Source: an uncultured delta proteobacterium (GTDB taxonomy: Bacteria > Desulfobacterota > Desulfomonilia > UBA1062). From it: a stretch of DNA of 64,000 bases. The stretch is taken from NCBI GenBank assembly GCA_963785235.1, contig CAWAUM010000001.1:416001-480000 (forward strand), read 5' to 3'. Made by a program: the position numbers and the translations under genes. The first letter of the stretch is position 1; each line of letters starts with the position of its first letter. Shown piece after piece: positions 31,157 through 40,992 of the stretch. The notes under the pieces were generated by a model, which saw only the letters and a list, made by a program, of their open reading frames with translations, ran no database searches and was not told where the DNA came from.

Positions 31157-31807
31157 ATGGAAATGGATACACGAAGCTCTCAGTTTATAGTCTTCTTTAT
31201 TTTCATTTCCTTGCTCCTCATACCAGGATATGAAACAGCAATGGCAATTGAAGAGGCATTCTACACAGTAATTGAAAAAAATGGGGATTTTGAGCTTAGA
31301 CAATATGTGCCTCAAATCGTAGCAGAGACTATTGTTGAAGGGGATTTCGATAAGGTCGGAAATGAAGGATTCTCCAGGCTCTTCGGTTATATCTCGGGCA
31401 ACAACACAAAAAAGCAATCGATTTCAATGACTGCCCCGGTGTCACAGGAGGCAGGTTCAGAAAAAATTCCCATGACTGCACCCGTTAACCAGGAACAGGT
31501 CGGCAACAAGTGGCATATCAGTTTCTTAATGCCATCCAACTACACGTTGGAGACCCTGCCTGAACCGACTGACAAGAGGATTATACTGAAACAGATTCCC
31601 TCTCGAAACGTTGCTGCGATTATCTATTCCGGCACATGGAGTAGATCGCGTTATGAGGAACACAAAGCCATTCTGGAGAAAGCCATGAGCAACAGAAAGC
31701 TGAAACCTGTTGGTGAGTATATATTTGCACGATACAATCCTCCTTTCATGCCGTGGTTTTTACGACGAAACGAGGTGCTGGTCAGCGTTGAGTTATTTCA
31801 TGAGTGA
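31157..31807 (+). CDS. SOUL-family heme-binding protein
   Basis: ELRQY, GFSRLFGYISG.N, duplicated MTAPV, F.MPS.Y....LP.P, ARYNPPF....LRRNEV. Confidence 0.92.
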   Translation: MEMDTRSSQFIVFFIFISLLLIPGYETAMAIEEAFYTVIEKNGDFELRQYVPQIVAETIVEGDFDKVGNEGFSRLFGYISGNNTKKQSISMTAPVSQEAGSEKIPMTAPVNQEQVGNKWHISFLMPSNYTLETLPEPTDKRIILKQIPSRNVAAIIYSGTWSRSRYEEHKAILEKAMSNRKLKPVGEYIFARYNPPFMPWFLRRNEVLVSVELFHE

Positions 31808-31821
31808 AAGGAGCTGTTCCC

Positions 31822-32682
31822 ATGTCGAAGGAACATATGCCACGTGTTTTGACACAGGATATCGGTGATGCAGACCTGTCTTATCTGCTCTATGAGGGTG
31901 AAGGACCTCCCCTTGTTCTTCTCCACGCCACTGGTTTTCTTCCCTGGTTGTGGCACCCGATTGCAAGGAAGCTCGCGCCAGAGTGGCGAGTTATTGCACC
32001 CTATTTTTGCGATCATCGGATATCAGACCCAGAAAAGGGAGGTCTGAACTGGCTGACTATTGCCCAAGATCTGGCAAACTTATGCAAGGGGCTCGGACTT
32101 GAGCGGCCTGCCATGGCAGGACACTCTATGGGCGCCACTATCATTACCATTGCCAATGCATGCTTCGGGGTCGATGCGCGAGGCCTAGTCCTTTTCGAAC
32201 CCATATTCCTTCCAGATAATTTCTATGAGTCGCAGGTAACCATAGACCTCCACCCGCTCGCCTCAAAGGCCATACGCAGGAAAGACAAGTGGTCCGGCAA
32301 GGACGAGGCGCATGCATATCTAAGATCAAAGGCCCTGTTCAAGAACTGGGATGAAGAGATGCTGGAACTATATATCGAATACGGCATGAAAAGACTCGAT
32401 GCCGGAGGACTCCAGCTCACATGCTCGCCTATACGTGAAGCGTCACTCTTTATGGGTGGAATGCAGTATGATCCCTGGCCTGTGCTGCCTCAAATTTCAT
32501 GTCCTACACTGGTTCTTGAAGGAGAAGAGAGTGAAAACCGCGCTTATATCGACTTGAAGAAGGTCACTTCACTTTTTAAACAGGGCACCTACAAGCTAGT
32601 GAATGGAGCTGGTCACCTCATCCCACAGGAGAAACCCAGGGAGTCGCTCGAGATCATCAGGAGTTTCTTTAGTAACCGCTAA
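31822..32682 (+). CDS. Alpha/beta hydrolase
   Basis: LLHATGF, nucleophile elbow GHSMG, catalytic His in GAGHLIP. Confidence 0.9.
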   Translation: MSKEHMPRVLTQDIGDADLSYLLYEGEGPPLVLLHATGFLPWLWHPIARKLAPEWRVIAPYFCDHRISDPEKGGLNWLTIAQDLANLCKGLGLERPAMAGHSMGATIITIANACFGVDARGLVLFEPIFLPDNFYESQVTIDLHPLASKAIRRKDKWSGKDEAHAYLRSKALFKNWDEEMLELYIEYGMKRLDAGGLQLTCSPIREASLFMGGMQYDPWPVLPQISCPTLVLEGEESENRAYIDLKKVTSLFKQGTYKLVNGAGHLIPQEKPRESLEIIRSFFSNR

Positions 32683-32717
32683 GAATGCAGGGTTGTAGCT
32701 CCTATAGTAATAAACTG

Positions 32718-34895
32718 TTAACCGATAATAACGATTCCCAGATACCCATCAACGGTTAACAGGTCACCCGTTCGAATGAGGGTTGTTGCGTTCGGCACAC
32801 CCGTTACGCAGGGAAGCCCGTATTCCCGGGCGATGATTGCGCCGTGAATCAGCATCCCGCCTCGGCGCTCGACGATTCCCGCACACAGCGGCACGACAAA
32901 GGTCATGTTGGGCTCGACAGCATCGCAGACCAGTATTTCTCCTGCCTTGAAGTCAAAAAGGGAAGAGGCATCGAGAATCACCCTGGCCTTCCCCGTAGCA
33001 ATTCCCGGTCCTGCCGGCTGACCAACGATCTGTCGTGCCTTGACACCATCAAATTCCATGTTTTTCTCGGATGATGATCGGTCCTGCAGGGTGTGTGAGG
33101 GTTCGATCAGCACGTTGATCAACTCTTTTGTTTCGCCCGCGTCTGATTTTGACCCCTTTCGATTTGTCGTTCGACGCCTTCCCTCGTCCATCGCGTTCAT
33201 CACTTGCTTTTCAACTCTTCCCAGATAGATATTGTCGTCGTCTCTCATCTGGTAACTTGCACGTCCAAGATCGAGAATCTCCGACGCAAAGGTCTTCTGT
33301 TCGCCCTCAAAGTGCGAAAGAAACTCGGACATCAGGGCTTCGGGGTCCCGGGCACTCTCCTTTTTCTCCGCAGGGCGATGGGAAGCCATTTCGAGAAGAA
33401 GCCTTATGATACCCTCCTTCCCCTGGGAGCAGTAGTTCCCTTCCTCTACCGAACAAGACAGGTCTCCGAATGTTTCGATGAAGGTGTCGAGCACGTGACT
33501 GAACGTTTCGTCTGCGGACCCTTCTGAATTTCTTAAATACTCAGCGAGAGAGATGTTTCCTTGTATCATTGAGGCCATCTCATCCAGCATGCGGTTCCGC
33601 TCGAGGCTTGCCAGCCGTTTGTTTCCCAGAAGGTCCATGAACTCGTAAGGGTCCTGTGGCCTTACGGCGTCGTTATAAAATTGCCCGAACAGTCGCATCC
33701 CATGAGCAAACGGGATGAAGTCATTATTGTAGGTTTCCACCCAGCGATCGTAAATCTCTTTTCTCCGCCTGATCTCCTCGGCCAGATGATGACCCGAGAG
33801 CTCAGTCAGATCGAGACGTGAGAGATCGGCTGCATCTTCGATCATGGATGGAATCAGTTCCCCTTCAATTTTTCTGCGGAGTGTCTTGAGACTCTCAAAG
33901 CTTCTTCGGAGACTGAGATACCAAGGCCTTTTGTCTTCGCCTCGCTGAGAAGAAATCGTTGTGATAGGGCGGGATTGAAGGATGTAAAGACTATTTCCAC
34001 GAAACGTCCACTCAACGTCTTGCGGCGCTGCAAAAAGACTTTCAGTCTTCTTAGCCAGGTTGAAAACATCATGTACTTCCTCATCGCCCAACGGAGGTTC
34101 CTTCGATAATCTCTCAGGAAGGGGTTCGAGTCGAATTCCCAAGTCCGAGGGAAGTACCCGCTTCTCCCGGATCACCGGAGTCCGGGAAAGAATCTTTCCT
34201 GTTTTGCGGTCAAGAATCCACCGGTCAGGCTCAACCGTTCCGTCCACCATGCCGGCGTTCAGCCCGTAGACAGCCTCAATGACTGCCTGGGATTCGTTGT
34301 TCGGATTCTTTCCAAAGGCAACGCCCGATTTTTCCCCAGTGACAATTTCCTGCACCAGGACAGCCATTGTAGAGTTTTCGAAATCCAGCCCCAATTCCTG
34401 TCGGTAAAGAAGTGCTCCGTCTGACCAGAGGGATGCCCAGACCAATCGGATATGGTCCAGGATGGACTCTGCCCCTTTTACGTTCACGTAGGAGTCATGG
34501 AGGCCTGCAAAAGATGTGTGGGATGAATCTTCTCCTGGTGCAGAAGATCTCACCACCACCGGTTTGTCCTTGAACTTCTCGTCAATGGCTGCCCGCAGGG
34601 AGGAGAGAAGATCAGCAGGGAGAGAGGCATTGAGAAACATGTTTCGAATCCGCAGTGAAGTGTCCCACATCTCCTCCCAGCGCATCTCCTGGAAGTTTTT
34701 GCGATTCAATTCCAGCAGGATTCGCTCTCTCAAACCCTCCAAGGCTATGAACTGGTTATACGCCTCGGCCTTCACGCACAAGGCGTCAGGGACGTTCAAT
34801 CCCATCCGGATCATGGTCGCCAGAGAGGAGGCTTTCCCTCCTACCTGATCCCGATCCTCAGCTCGTATTTCATTCAGCGGAATAATCAGGTTCAT
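32718..34895 (-). CDS. PEP-synthase/rifampin-phosphotransferase-like dikinase (ATP-grasp, central domain, C-terminal phospho-His swivel)
   Basis: VGGKASSL, VRSSAPGED...SFAG, QDVEW, ILQSRPIT, GGMLIHGAIIAREYGLPCV. Confidence 0.88.
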   Translation of the reverse strand: MNLIIPLNEIRAEDRDQVGGKASSLATMIRMGLNVPDALCVKAEAYNQFIALEGLRERILLELNRKNFQEMRWEEMWDTSLRIRNMFLNASLPADLLSSLRAAIDEKFKDKPVVVRSSAPGEDSSHTSFAGLHDSYVNVKGAESILDHIRLVWASLWSDGALLYRQELGLDFENSTMAVLVQEIVTGEKSGVAFGKNPNNESQAVIEAVYGLNAGMVDGTVEPDRWILDRKTGKILSRTPVIREKRVLPSDLGIRLEPLPERLSKEPPLGDEEVHDVFNLAKKTESLFAAPQDVEWTFRGNSLYILQSRPITTISSQRGEDKRPWYLSLRRSFESLKTLRRKIEGELIPSMIEDAADLSRLDLTELSGHHLAEEIRRRKEIYDRWVETYNNDFIPFAHGMRLFGQFYNDAVRPQDPYEFMDLLGNKRLASLERNRMLDEMASMIQGNISLAEYLRNSEGSADETFSHVLDTFIETFGDLSCSVEEGNYCSQGKEGIIRLLLEMASHRPAEKKESARDPEALMSEFLSHFEGEQKTFASEILDLGRASYQMRDDDNIYLGRVEKQVMNAMDEGRRRTTNRKGSKSDAGETKELINVLIEPSHTLQDRSSSEKNMEFDGVKARQIVGQPAGPGIATGKARVILDASSLFDFKAGEILVCDAVEPNMTFVVPLCAGIVERRGGMLIHGAIIAREYGLPCVTGVPNATTLIRTGDLLTVDGYLGIVIIG

Positions 34896-35344
34896 TGCTT
34901 GATGTGAAGCTCCATAACGTTCTGAAAATTGTTCACGATGTAGTAAGTATCCACGTCTACCTTGAGCAGGGCACAGGTAGGCGATGTAACAAACTCCTTG
35001 AGATACGGATGCCTAGAGAGATAGAGTTTCAGGAGAAGATCTTTTTCTGAGGCTCCGGCCTCTTTTACTGACCCAGTGGCCGTTACGGCAATGGCCCGAT
35101 GAAAATCCGTTTCCTGGTTGGCTCGGTTATCCATCACGAGTGCGACCATGGGATTAAGGGTCAGATTATCAAACTTGCGAGTATCGCGCGTGGTGGCGAA
35201 GAGCAGGTACTTGAGATCATCGGTTGCGGCGAAAGCCACTAAGCTGCCATACGTCTTTCCACTGCCATACGTCGCCAGGACGGCCAAAGACTGAGACGAG
35301 AATAAATCTTTAAGAAGCGTTTTAAGCTGGGTTGTATTTTTCAA
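34892..35344 (-). CDS. Pyridoxamine 5'-phosphate oxidase-like split-barrel protein
   Basis: LAVLAT, SLVAF, FAT...TRK..NL..NP.VAL..DNR. Confidence 0.85.
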   Translation of the reverse strand: MKNTTQLKTLLKDLFSSQSLAVLATYGSGKTYGSLVAFAATDDLKYLLFATTRDTRKFDNLTLNPMVALVMDNRANQETDFHRAIAVTATGSVKEAGASEKDLLLKLYLSRHPYLKEFVTSPTCALLKVDVDTYYIVNNFQNVMELHIKQ

Positions 35345-35370
35345 GGGTCCCTCTCCGTGGTGGTATCTTC

Positions 35371-36279
35371 TTACTGAGCGACAATGCTCTGCAGAGCCTT
35401 GTCAATCTCAGGATATTGGAATACAAAACCGCTGTCAAGCAACCGACGTGGAATGACTCGCTGTCCTCCGAGAAGGACTGACCCAAATTCTCCCAGCACC
35501 AACTTGATCATGAACCCGGGGGCTGGCATGAAAGAAGGCCGGTGAAGGGCTTTTCCCAGGGCCTTTGCCAGATCCTTGTTTCGTTCGGGTCCTGGAGCGC
35601 AGAGATTCACCGGTCCTGAAATCTCCGGATGTTTCATCAGGAAAACGAAAACTTCGGCAAGATCTTTGATGTGGATCCAGGAGAACCACTGGAGGCCGCT
35701 CCCGATAGGGCCACCAATAAACATCTTGAAGAGGGGTATCATCTGGCCGAGCGCCCCTCCATTTTTTCCCAGGACGATACCGAACCGGATTGTAACGACC
35801 CGTGCGCCATATTTTTCTGCTTTGAATGCTTCGGTTTCCCAATCATGGGCAAGCCTAGCAAGGAAATCGTTGCCAGAGGGCGAATCCTCAGTGAGCTCTT
35901 CGTCCTCATGCAAACCGTAGTAGCCTGTGCCAGAGGCGCTGAAGAGCCCGATCTGTTTGTCTGAACCAGCAGAGATTCCCTCCACAAGATTCCTCGTGGT
36001 GCTGATCCGGCTTTCTATGAGCAGCCTTTTATAAGCTTCGGTCCACCTGCTGAAGACGGAGGCACCAGCAAGATTGATGATGATGTCGTGATCCCTGATC
36101 GAATCCTGCCATGGCCCTTTTTGAGTGCAGTCCCCCTGTAGATAGGAGATGCCGGGGCAGCGCGCCTTCAATCCTTCATCAGATCTGGCAAGGATGGTGA
36201 CCTCATTTCCAAACTGGATTAAATGTGCGCAGAGGTAGGTGCCAATAAATCCGGTACCTCCTGTGACTAAAATTTTCAT
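35371..36279 (-). CDS. TIGR01777-family NAD-dependent epimerase/oxidoreductase
   Basis: ILVTGGTGFIG, INLAG, SRI.TT, RFGIVL...GGAL, G.QW.SWIH, DUF1731-like GFVFQYP tail. Confidence 0.92.
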   Translation of the reverse strand: MKILVTGGTGFIGTYLCAHLIQFGNEVTILARSDEGLKARCPGISYLQGDCTQKGPWQDSIRDHDIIINLAGASVFSRWTEAYKRLLIESRISTTRNLVEGISAGSDKQIGLFSASGTGYYGLHEDEELTEDSPSGNDFLARLAHDWETEAFKAEKYGARVVTIRFGIVLGKNGGALGQMIPLFKMFIGGPIGSGLQWFSWIHIKDLAEVFVFLMKHPEISGPVNLCAPGPERNKDLAKALGKALHRPSFMPAPGFMIKLVLGEFGSVLLGGQRVIPRRLLDSGFVFQYPEIDKALQSIVAQ

Positions 36280-36340
36280 CGTTACCCCTCCTGTTTTTCT
36301 ATGAAGAAAAGACTCATTACCAGTTTGAATTCCAGGATGT

Positions 36341-37696
36341 TTATGGCTTTAATCGGCTCATCAACCTCACGTATTCGTCGGCATCAAACTTCCGCTTGAG
36401 ACCTCCTTCGTTCATGTACCGGACATTCCCGAAGATCTCCCTTTCTTTCCATGGGCGGTCGTGTTTTCCGAAGCACCATGCCACGCCGGTGAATCCGCTC
36501 GGGTCTCTTCCATCCAGCTCGTATTTGTTGTTCAGGTAAAGGGCTGCCCGGAAGGCCTCATCGGGTGTCTTGCTCCATTCCAGAATTTTTTTGCCCCAGT
36601 ACATTCTCATATACCCGTGCATCTTCCCGGTAAAAACCATCTCCTTCTGGGCTGCATTCCAGTAGGGATCATGGGTTTTACCCGTTTCCAGTTCTTCAAG
36701 GGCATAAAGATAGGGTCGCTTGTCTTTCTGATGGGCCTTCAAGGTTTTTTGTGCCCATTGGGGGATTGCCCCTTCAAAAGAATCGTATTGCCCATTATAG
36801 AAAACGAAATTCATGCTTAGTTCCCTTCGGACGATGAGCTCTTCGAGATAGGCTTCTTTGCTCAGGCCCTGTGTCTGTGATACGGTTAGCGCAATGGACA
36901 GCGGTGAGATCTGGCCAAAGTGTAGGTATGGGCTCATGTGTGAAAGGAAGTCGACCGTGGGGTCATTTCTCATTTCCGGGAAACGATCCAGCTTGTCTCT
37001 CAAGAAGAGCCGAAGATGTTTTTTGGCTTCCCCGGCGCCGCCACGATAGCAAGAAACCTTCTTCACGCTCCGGTCAATATGAAGTCTGGAAACTGCTTCT
37101 TCCACATCGTCGATGTCAAAGGAATCAAAATCCAGAGACAGGGAATCCATGTCGGGATCAACCTCCTTGAGCGGACAAAGGAAATGATCCAGCTTCTTGT
37201 GAATCTTCGACCTGATGGTGGCTGCAGTGTATTCCTCTTTCGGAGAGGTCTCTTCAATGGGAACGATAACGTCACTTTCGACTTGAACCAGAGGGCAATC
37301 CATTCGGCCGGCTGCGTATTCTCTCCACGCTCTCTGGATTTTCAGGTACCCGCGGTCTACAACAACGAAAGACGCTCCTTTCGCGAACTGAACCACTCCT
37401 TGTTCAGGGGACGCGTGTTGGATCACAATCTGGATGCCTCTTTTCTCAAGAGAGAGTCTTACTTCCCTGAGGCCTTCGAGCATGAAGGTGTAATGCCTCT
37501 GAGAGCCCTGCGGGAAGTGATCGGTAATACCGAAAAAGACAACAAGGGGCTGGTGCAATTCATTGGCCTTAAGCACGGCATACTCAAGGGCATGGTTATA
37601 ATCCGTCCTTTGAGAGGCCTGCATCCAGTAGAGAACGTATCTTCCCTTTTTCGTCTCCTTGGCATTCAGGGCTTGGATTCGTTCTTTTTGAATCAT
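36341..37696 (-). CDS. phr: Class II CPD DNA photolyase
   Basis: VLYWMQASQR...N.AL, SHMSPYLHFGQIS, EELIVRREL, THDPYWNAAQ, GKMHGYMRMYWGKKILEW, LDGRDP..F.G. Confidence 0.95.
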   Translation of the reverse strand: MIQKERIQALNAKETKKGRYVLYWMQASQRTDYNHALEYAVLKANELHQPLVVFFGITDHFPQGSQRHYTFMLEGLREVRLSLEKRGIQIVIQHASPEQGVVQFAKGASFVVVDRGYLKIQRAWREYAAGRMDCPLVQVESDVIVPIEETSPKEEYTAATIRSKIHKKLDHFLCPLKEVDPDMDSLSLDFDSFDIDDVEEAVSRLHIDRSVKKVSCYRGGAGEAKKHLRLFLRDKLDRFPEMRNDPTVDFLSHMSPYLHFGQISPLSIALTVSQTQGLSKEAYLEELIVRRELSMNFVFYNGQYDSFEGAIPQWAQKTLKAHQKDKRPYLYALEELETGKTHDPYWNAAQKEMVFTGKMHGYMRMYWGKKILEWSKTPDEAFRAALYLNNKYELDGRDPSGFTGVAWCFGKHDRPWKEREIFGNVRYMNEGGLKRKFDADEYVRLMSRLKP

Positions 37697-37778
37697 GGTC
37701 GCCTCTTTTCTTTAAGTGTTGGTGAACCCCAATGAAAAGATCGCCGGACTGCGTAAGCGGGTCCGTTGAATTATTTGT

Positions 37779-39202
37779 TTATTTTATCAAATCTCTTGCT
37801 GCATAATAGCCGCAAAGGCCGTGAACACCGCCACCGGGTGGCGTCGATGAAGAGCAGATAAATATATTGTGCTGAGATGTCCTGTAGGGATTGAGGGATA
37901 CCACCGGACGGGTATAGAGCTGAAAGATATCCTGCACTCCGCCGTTAATATCTCCCCCGACATAATTGGGGTTGTACTGTTCCATCATTGTCGCCGACAT
38001 GGTGTTTCTTGCCAGGATGACCTCTCGAAACCCCGGGGCATAGCGTTCAATCTTTTTTTCTATACTATCGGCCATATCCGCTTTTGAACCATGGGGAACA
38101 TGGCAATACCCCCAGGCCGTGTGCCTGCCTTCAGGGCTCCGTGAAGGATCGAAGAGGCTCTGTTGTGCGAGCATCACATAGGGCGTCTTGCGATATTTCG
38201 CCCTTGTTTACGCAACAGACCGAAGCGGCTATCTCCTCATACGAATTGCCCAGGTGAACAGTCCCTGCCTTTCTACATATACCGGCCTTCCAGGGGATCG
38301 GTTCTTTCAGTGCCCAGTCCATTTTATAAACGCCTGGTCCGTAACGGAATCCGGCAAGTCTTTGCCGGTAATTTTCGGAAAGACCAAGGCCTTTCATATC
38401 CAACAACTGCCGGGGCGTGACGTCAAAAAAATAATAGGTTGCCCGCGGCATATCCTCCAAAGAACTGACCGGTTTGCCCGTTACGATTTCGCCTCCCCGG
38501 TCAATGAAAGCAACGGGACAGGGCATCGGCCAGATTCTGCGAGCCGCCTTGTACAAACGGCCACCCTACAGCATGGGCTAATGTCGCAAGTACAATGCCG
38601 AAGGCCGCCGTTGCGGGTTTGTGAAGGGGAATCATGGCATGGGCTGCAAGCCCGGCAAATAACGCTCGCGTCTGATGGTTGTGGAATTTTTTTTCTCCAA
38701 GACCTTTTGCGGAATAAAGTGCCTTTGATGCAAATCTGGCCATGAGAAAGGGATCAAAAGGAAAGGGAATCGGTCTTAATATGCCGGATAACAATCTTTC
38801 ATAGCCCTTTACAAAAGGCGTAAGAAGATCTTTGTATGCCGTGGCGTCGCGACCCAAAGCATCGGCTGTTATATCCAGGGACCGGTGGAGAAAAACAGCA
38901 GATCCATCCTCAAACGGGTGGGCAAGCGGTATTTCCGGATTGACCCAGGAAAGGCCATATTGATGAAGTTCAAGTGGTCTGAAGAAAGATGAGGAGGCCG
39001 CAAGAGGATGAGCGGTGGAACAGATGTCGTGAACAAAACCAGGTAGAGTTAATTCTGCGGATCGGCACCCCCCCCCGATGGTTTCTTTCGCTTCCAGCAG
39101 AATCACGGATGGAAATTTTCTGCTGAGGGTAATCGCAGCAGCCAGGCCGTTGGGACCACTGCCCACGACGACAGCATCATAATGTTGTTTCTTAGGCGTC
39201 AA
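37779..39202 (-). CDS. Phytoene dehydrogenase-like FAD oxidoreductase (COG1233), two frameshifts
   Basis: VVGSGPNGLAAA, GGCRSAELTLPGFVHDICS, KMDWAL..PIPW, AGTVH, WGYCHVP, NPNYVGGDI.GG, CSSSTPPGGGVHG.CGY.AA across ORFs 38501-39202, 38131-38556, 37779-38177. Confidence 0.88.
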
Positions 39203-40332
39203 TGTTTTTGACCATCATTCATATTTTTCCGGGAAGAGAGAATTCTTCTCAGCAGATACAGCGGCATATAGAAAGAAGAGCGGATGGCACCGCAATACCA
39301 GACATTTCCCATCTCGCCCCACCGAAGACGGCTGTCGATCAGGACATTTTGCTGTTCGATCCTGCCTTCAACGCCCAGGCGTGAGGCAAGATTACCCAGC
39401 GTCTGATGCCAGAATTGATCCTCCTGCCGCGCCGCACCCAATCGAAAACCAAGTTCCATAACGGGATCGGCTGCTCTGAAGAGGGGATGCACCTGGATGA
39501 TGGTTTTATGATCCTGGCGAAAACTGCTGAAGGTTATCCAGCCACAAAGCATGTGACCCTGTACCGTCGAAAAACAAAAGGAGTCGTCATCGGCGTATAT
39601 AACCTGGATGCCTGTTGCCAGCACAAGCATGCCCCCGATGCTGAGATTCAAAAGCGCCGTCGCACCAGGGACTATGGGAGCGCCGCCGGAGGTGAACAGA
39701 TGGTTGCCTTTCGGCCAGAAATGGGGAAACTCGGACCGCCAGAGAGATACGATCTTTTGCGGCTCCATATCTGTGTTGTCGATCTGAAAGCGGTATTTCT
39801 TATCCCAAAGGCGACCGAATCCATTGACAGGGCTGGTAACTTTTCTGCCGTTTACGTTTATATTCATTGCCTCTGCAGGTACATCACCTATGGATATATG
39901 CTCAACATTTCCCGCCCAGCCAGGGACAAGGGGTCCCTTGTACACTTGGAACGCACCTGAGGCGGTTTGAACCCTTGTTGGGAAAGGCCGTTGGCGCAAC
40001 GCTTCATGTTCGTCTTCAAACAACGCTATGGCCTTATCAAGGCATGTCAGACGAAAGACATCCCGGAAAGGGTCTGCGAGATTGCTGGCCGCCAGCCCGA
40101 TCTTCTTTTGCGCAAGTCTGGTTGCATAAACGAGCAGAAGGCTTGCCCCTTCAGAATCCAGGTGGGTAAGATTGGCAAAATTCAAAAGAATGTTTTTATT
40201 TTTTCTCATTCCCTCATCATATAATCGAGACAAGGTATTTTCCCAGGTTCCATTGAGTGGTCCCTGTATATCCAAAATCAAAGTCTCCCCATCGGCAATC
40301 CTTGGTCTAATGGTACCTTTGTCTTCAGACAT
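39199..40332 (-). CDS. STAS (anti-sigma antagonist) domain fused to a DUF1990-like domain
   Basis: ILLNFANLTHLDSEG (phosphorylatable Ser position), FRLT.LD.AI..F.DE.EAL; then GFG.LW.K.Y, VIYADD.SF.F.T..GH. Confidence 0.72.
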   Translation of the reverse strand: MSEDKGTIRPRIADGETLILDIQGPLNGTWENTLSRLYDEGMRKNKNILLNFANLTHLDSEGASLLLVYATRLAQKKIGLAASNLADPFRDVFRLTCLDKAIALFEDEHEALRQRPFPTRVQTASGAFQVYKGPLVPGWAGNVEHISIGDVPAEAMNINVNGRKVTSPVNGFGRLWDKKYRFQIDNTDMEPQKIVSLWRSEFPHFWPKGNHLFTSGGAPIVPGATALLNLSIGGMLVLATGIQVIYADDDSFCFSTVQGHMLCGWITFSSFRQDHKTIIQVHPLFRAADPVMELGFRLGAARQEDQFWHQTLGNLASRLGVEGRIEQQNVLIDSRLRWGEMGNVWYCGAIRSSFYMPLYLLRRILSSRKNMNDGQKH

Positions 40333-40742
40333 GGGATCTTCCTTTCCTCTTGCAATATTGTGTCAATCAAATGGTCTTGATATTCTATCACATCATGCAG
40401 GAGAATGCTTCCGTTCTCTCTTTATCTAATACCGTTGATCTCTTCGATATTGCTGGCCCCAATCTCAGATTATGAACCATTGATTACTGCAATAGATCAA
40501 GGTTTTGAGATGGCTGGAAACTGAATATCTTGTGTTGAACCCTATGCAGATAACCCCTCCACATCAAAGCGTGAAGACTGGCACATGAATCTATGGTGTA
40601 AGGCATTTAACAGCTTATTGCTTTACACCCAATATCTGGATATACTGCTATGGTTCATCAGATAGTGGGATATGCTTACAGAAGTGCTGTATATTTAGGA
40701 TGAATACCTGGAAGAATAAATAAATTTGTAAGGGAGTTTATA

Positions 40743-40928
40743 ATGGGAGATCTTAAAAAGGGCGATGTGGTTAAATTAAAGAGTGGAAGTCCTGCAATGA
40801 CGGTTGAAGATGTTACTTCCGATGGTACGCTAAGTTGTGTTTGGTATGATAATGACAAGAAGGAAATCATGGGTAGAAAGTTCTCGTATGAATGTCTTGA
40901 TCTTGCCACCCCCGTTAAGCCTGAATAA
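40743..40928 (+). CDS. YodC/DUF2158 small protein
   Basis: GDVVKLKSGSPAMTV...CVWY; GGGAG RBS. Confidence 0.88.
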   Translation: MGDLKKGDVVKLKSGSPAMTVEDVTSDGTLSCVWYDNDKKEIMGRKFSYECLDLATPVKPE

Positions 40929-40992
40929 ATCAAAGCCTCTTCGATTGAATCATCATGAAAGAAAGGACCAGTGAAGAGCAGGGAGTATTTGA

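Noticed and set aside
32718-34895. Calling it ppsA or a rifampin resistance gene
   Set aside because: It lacks the pyruvate-binding barrel of PpsA, and the middle domain cannot be tied to RPH by eye.
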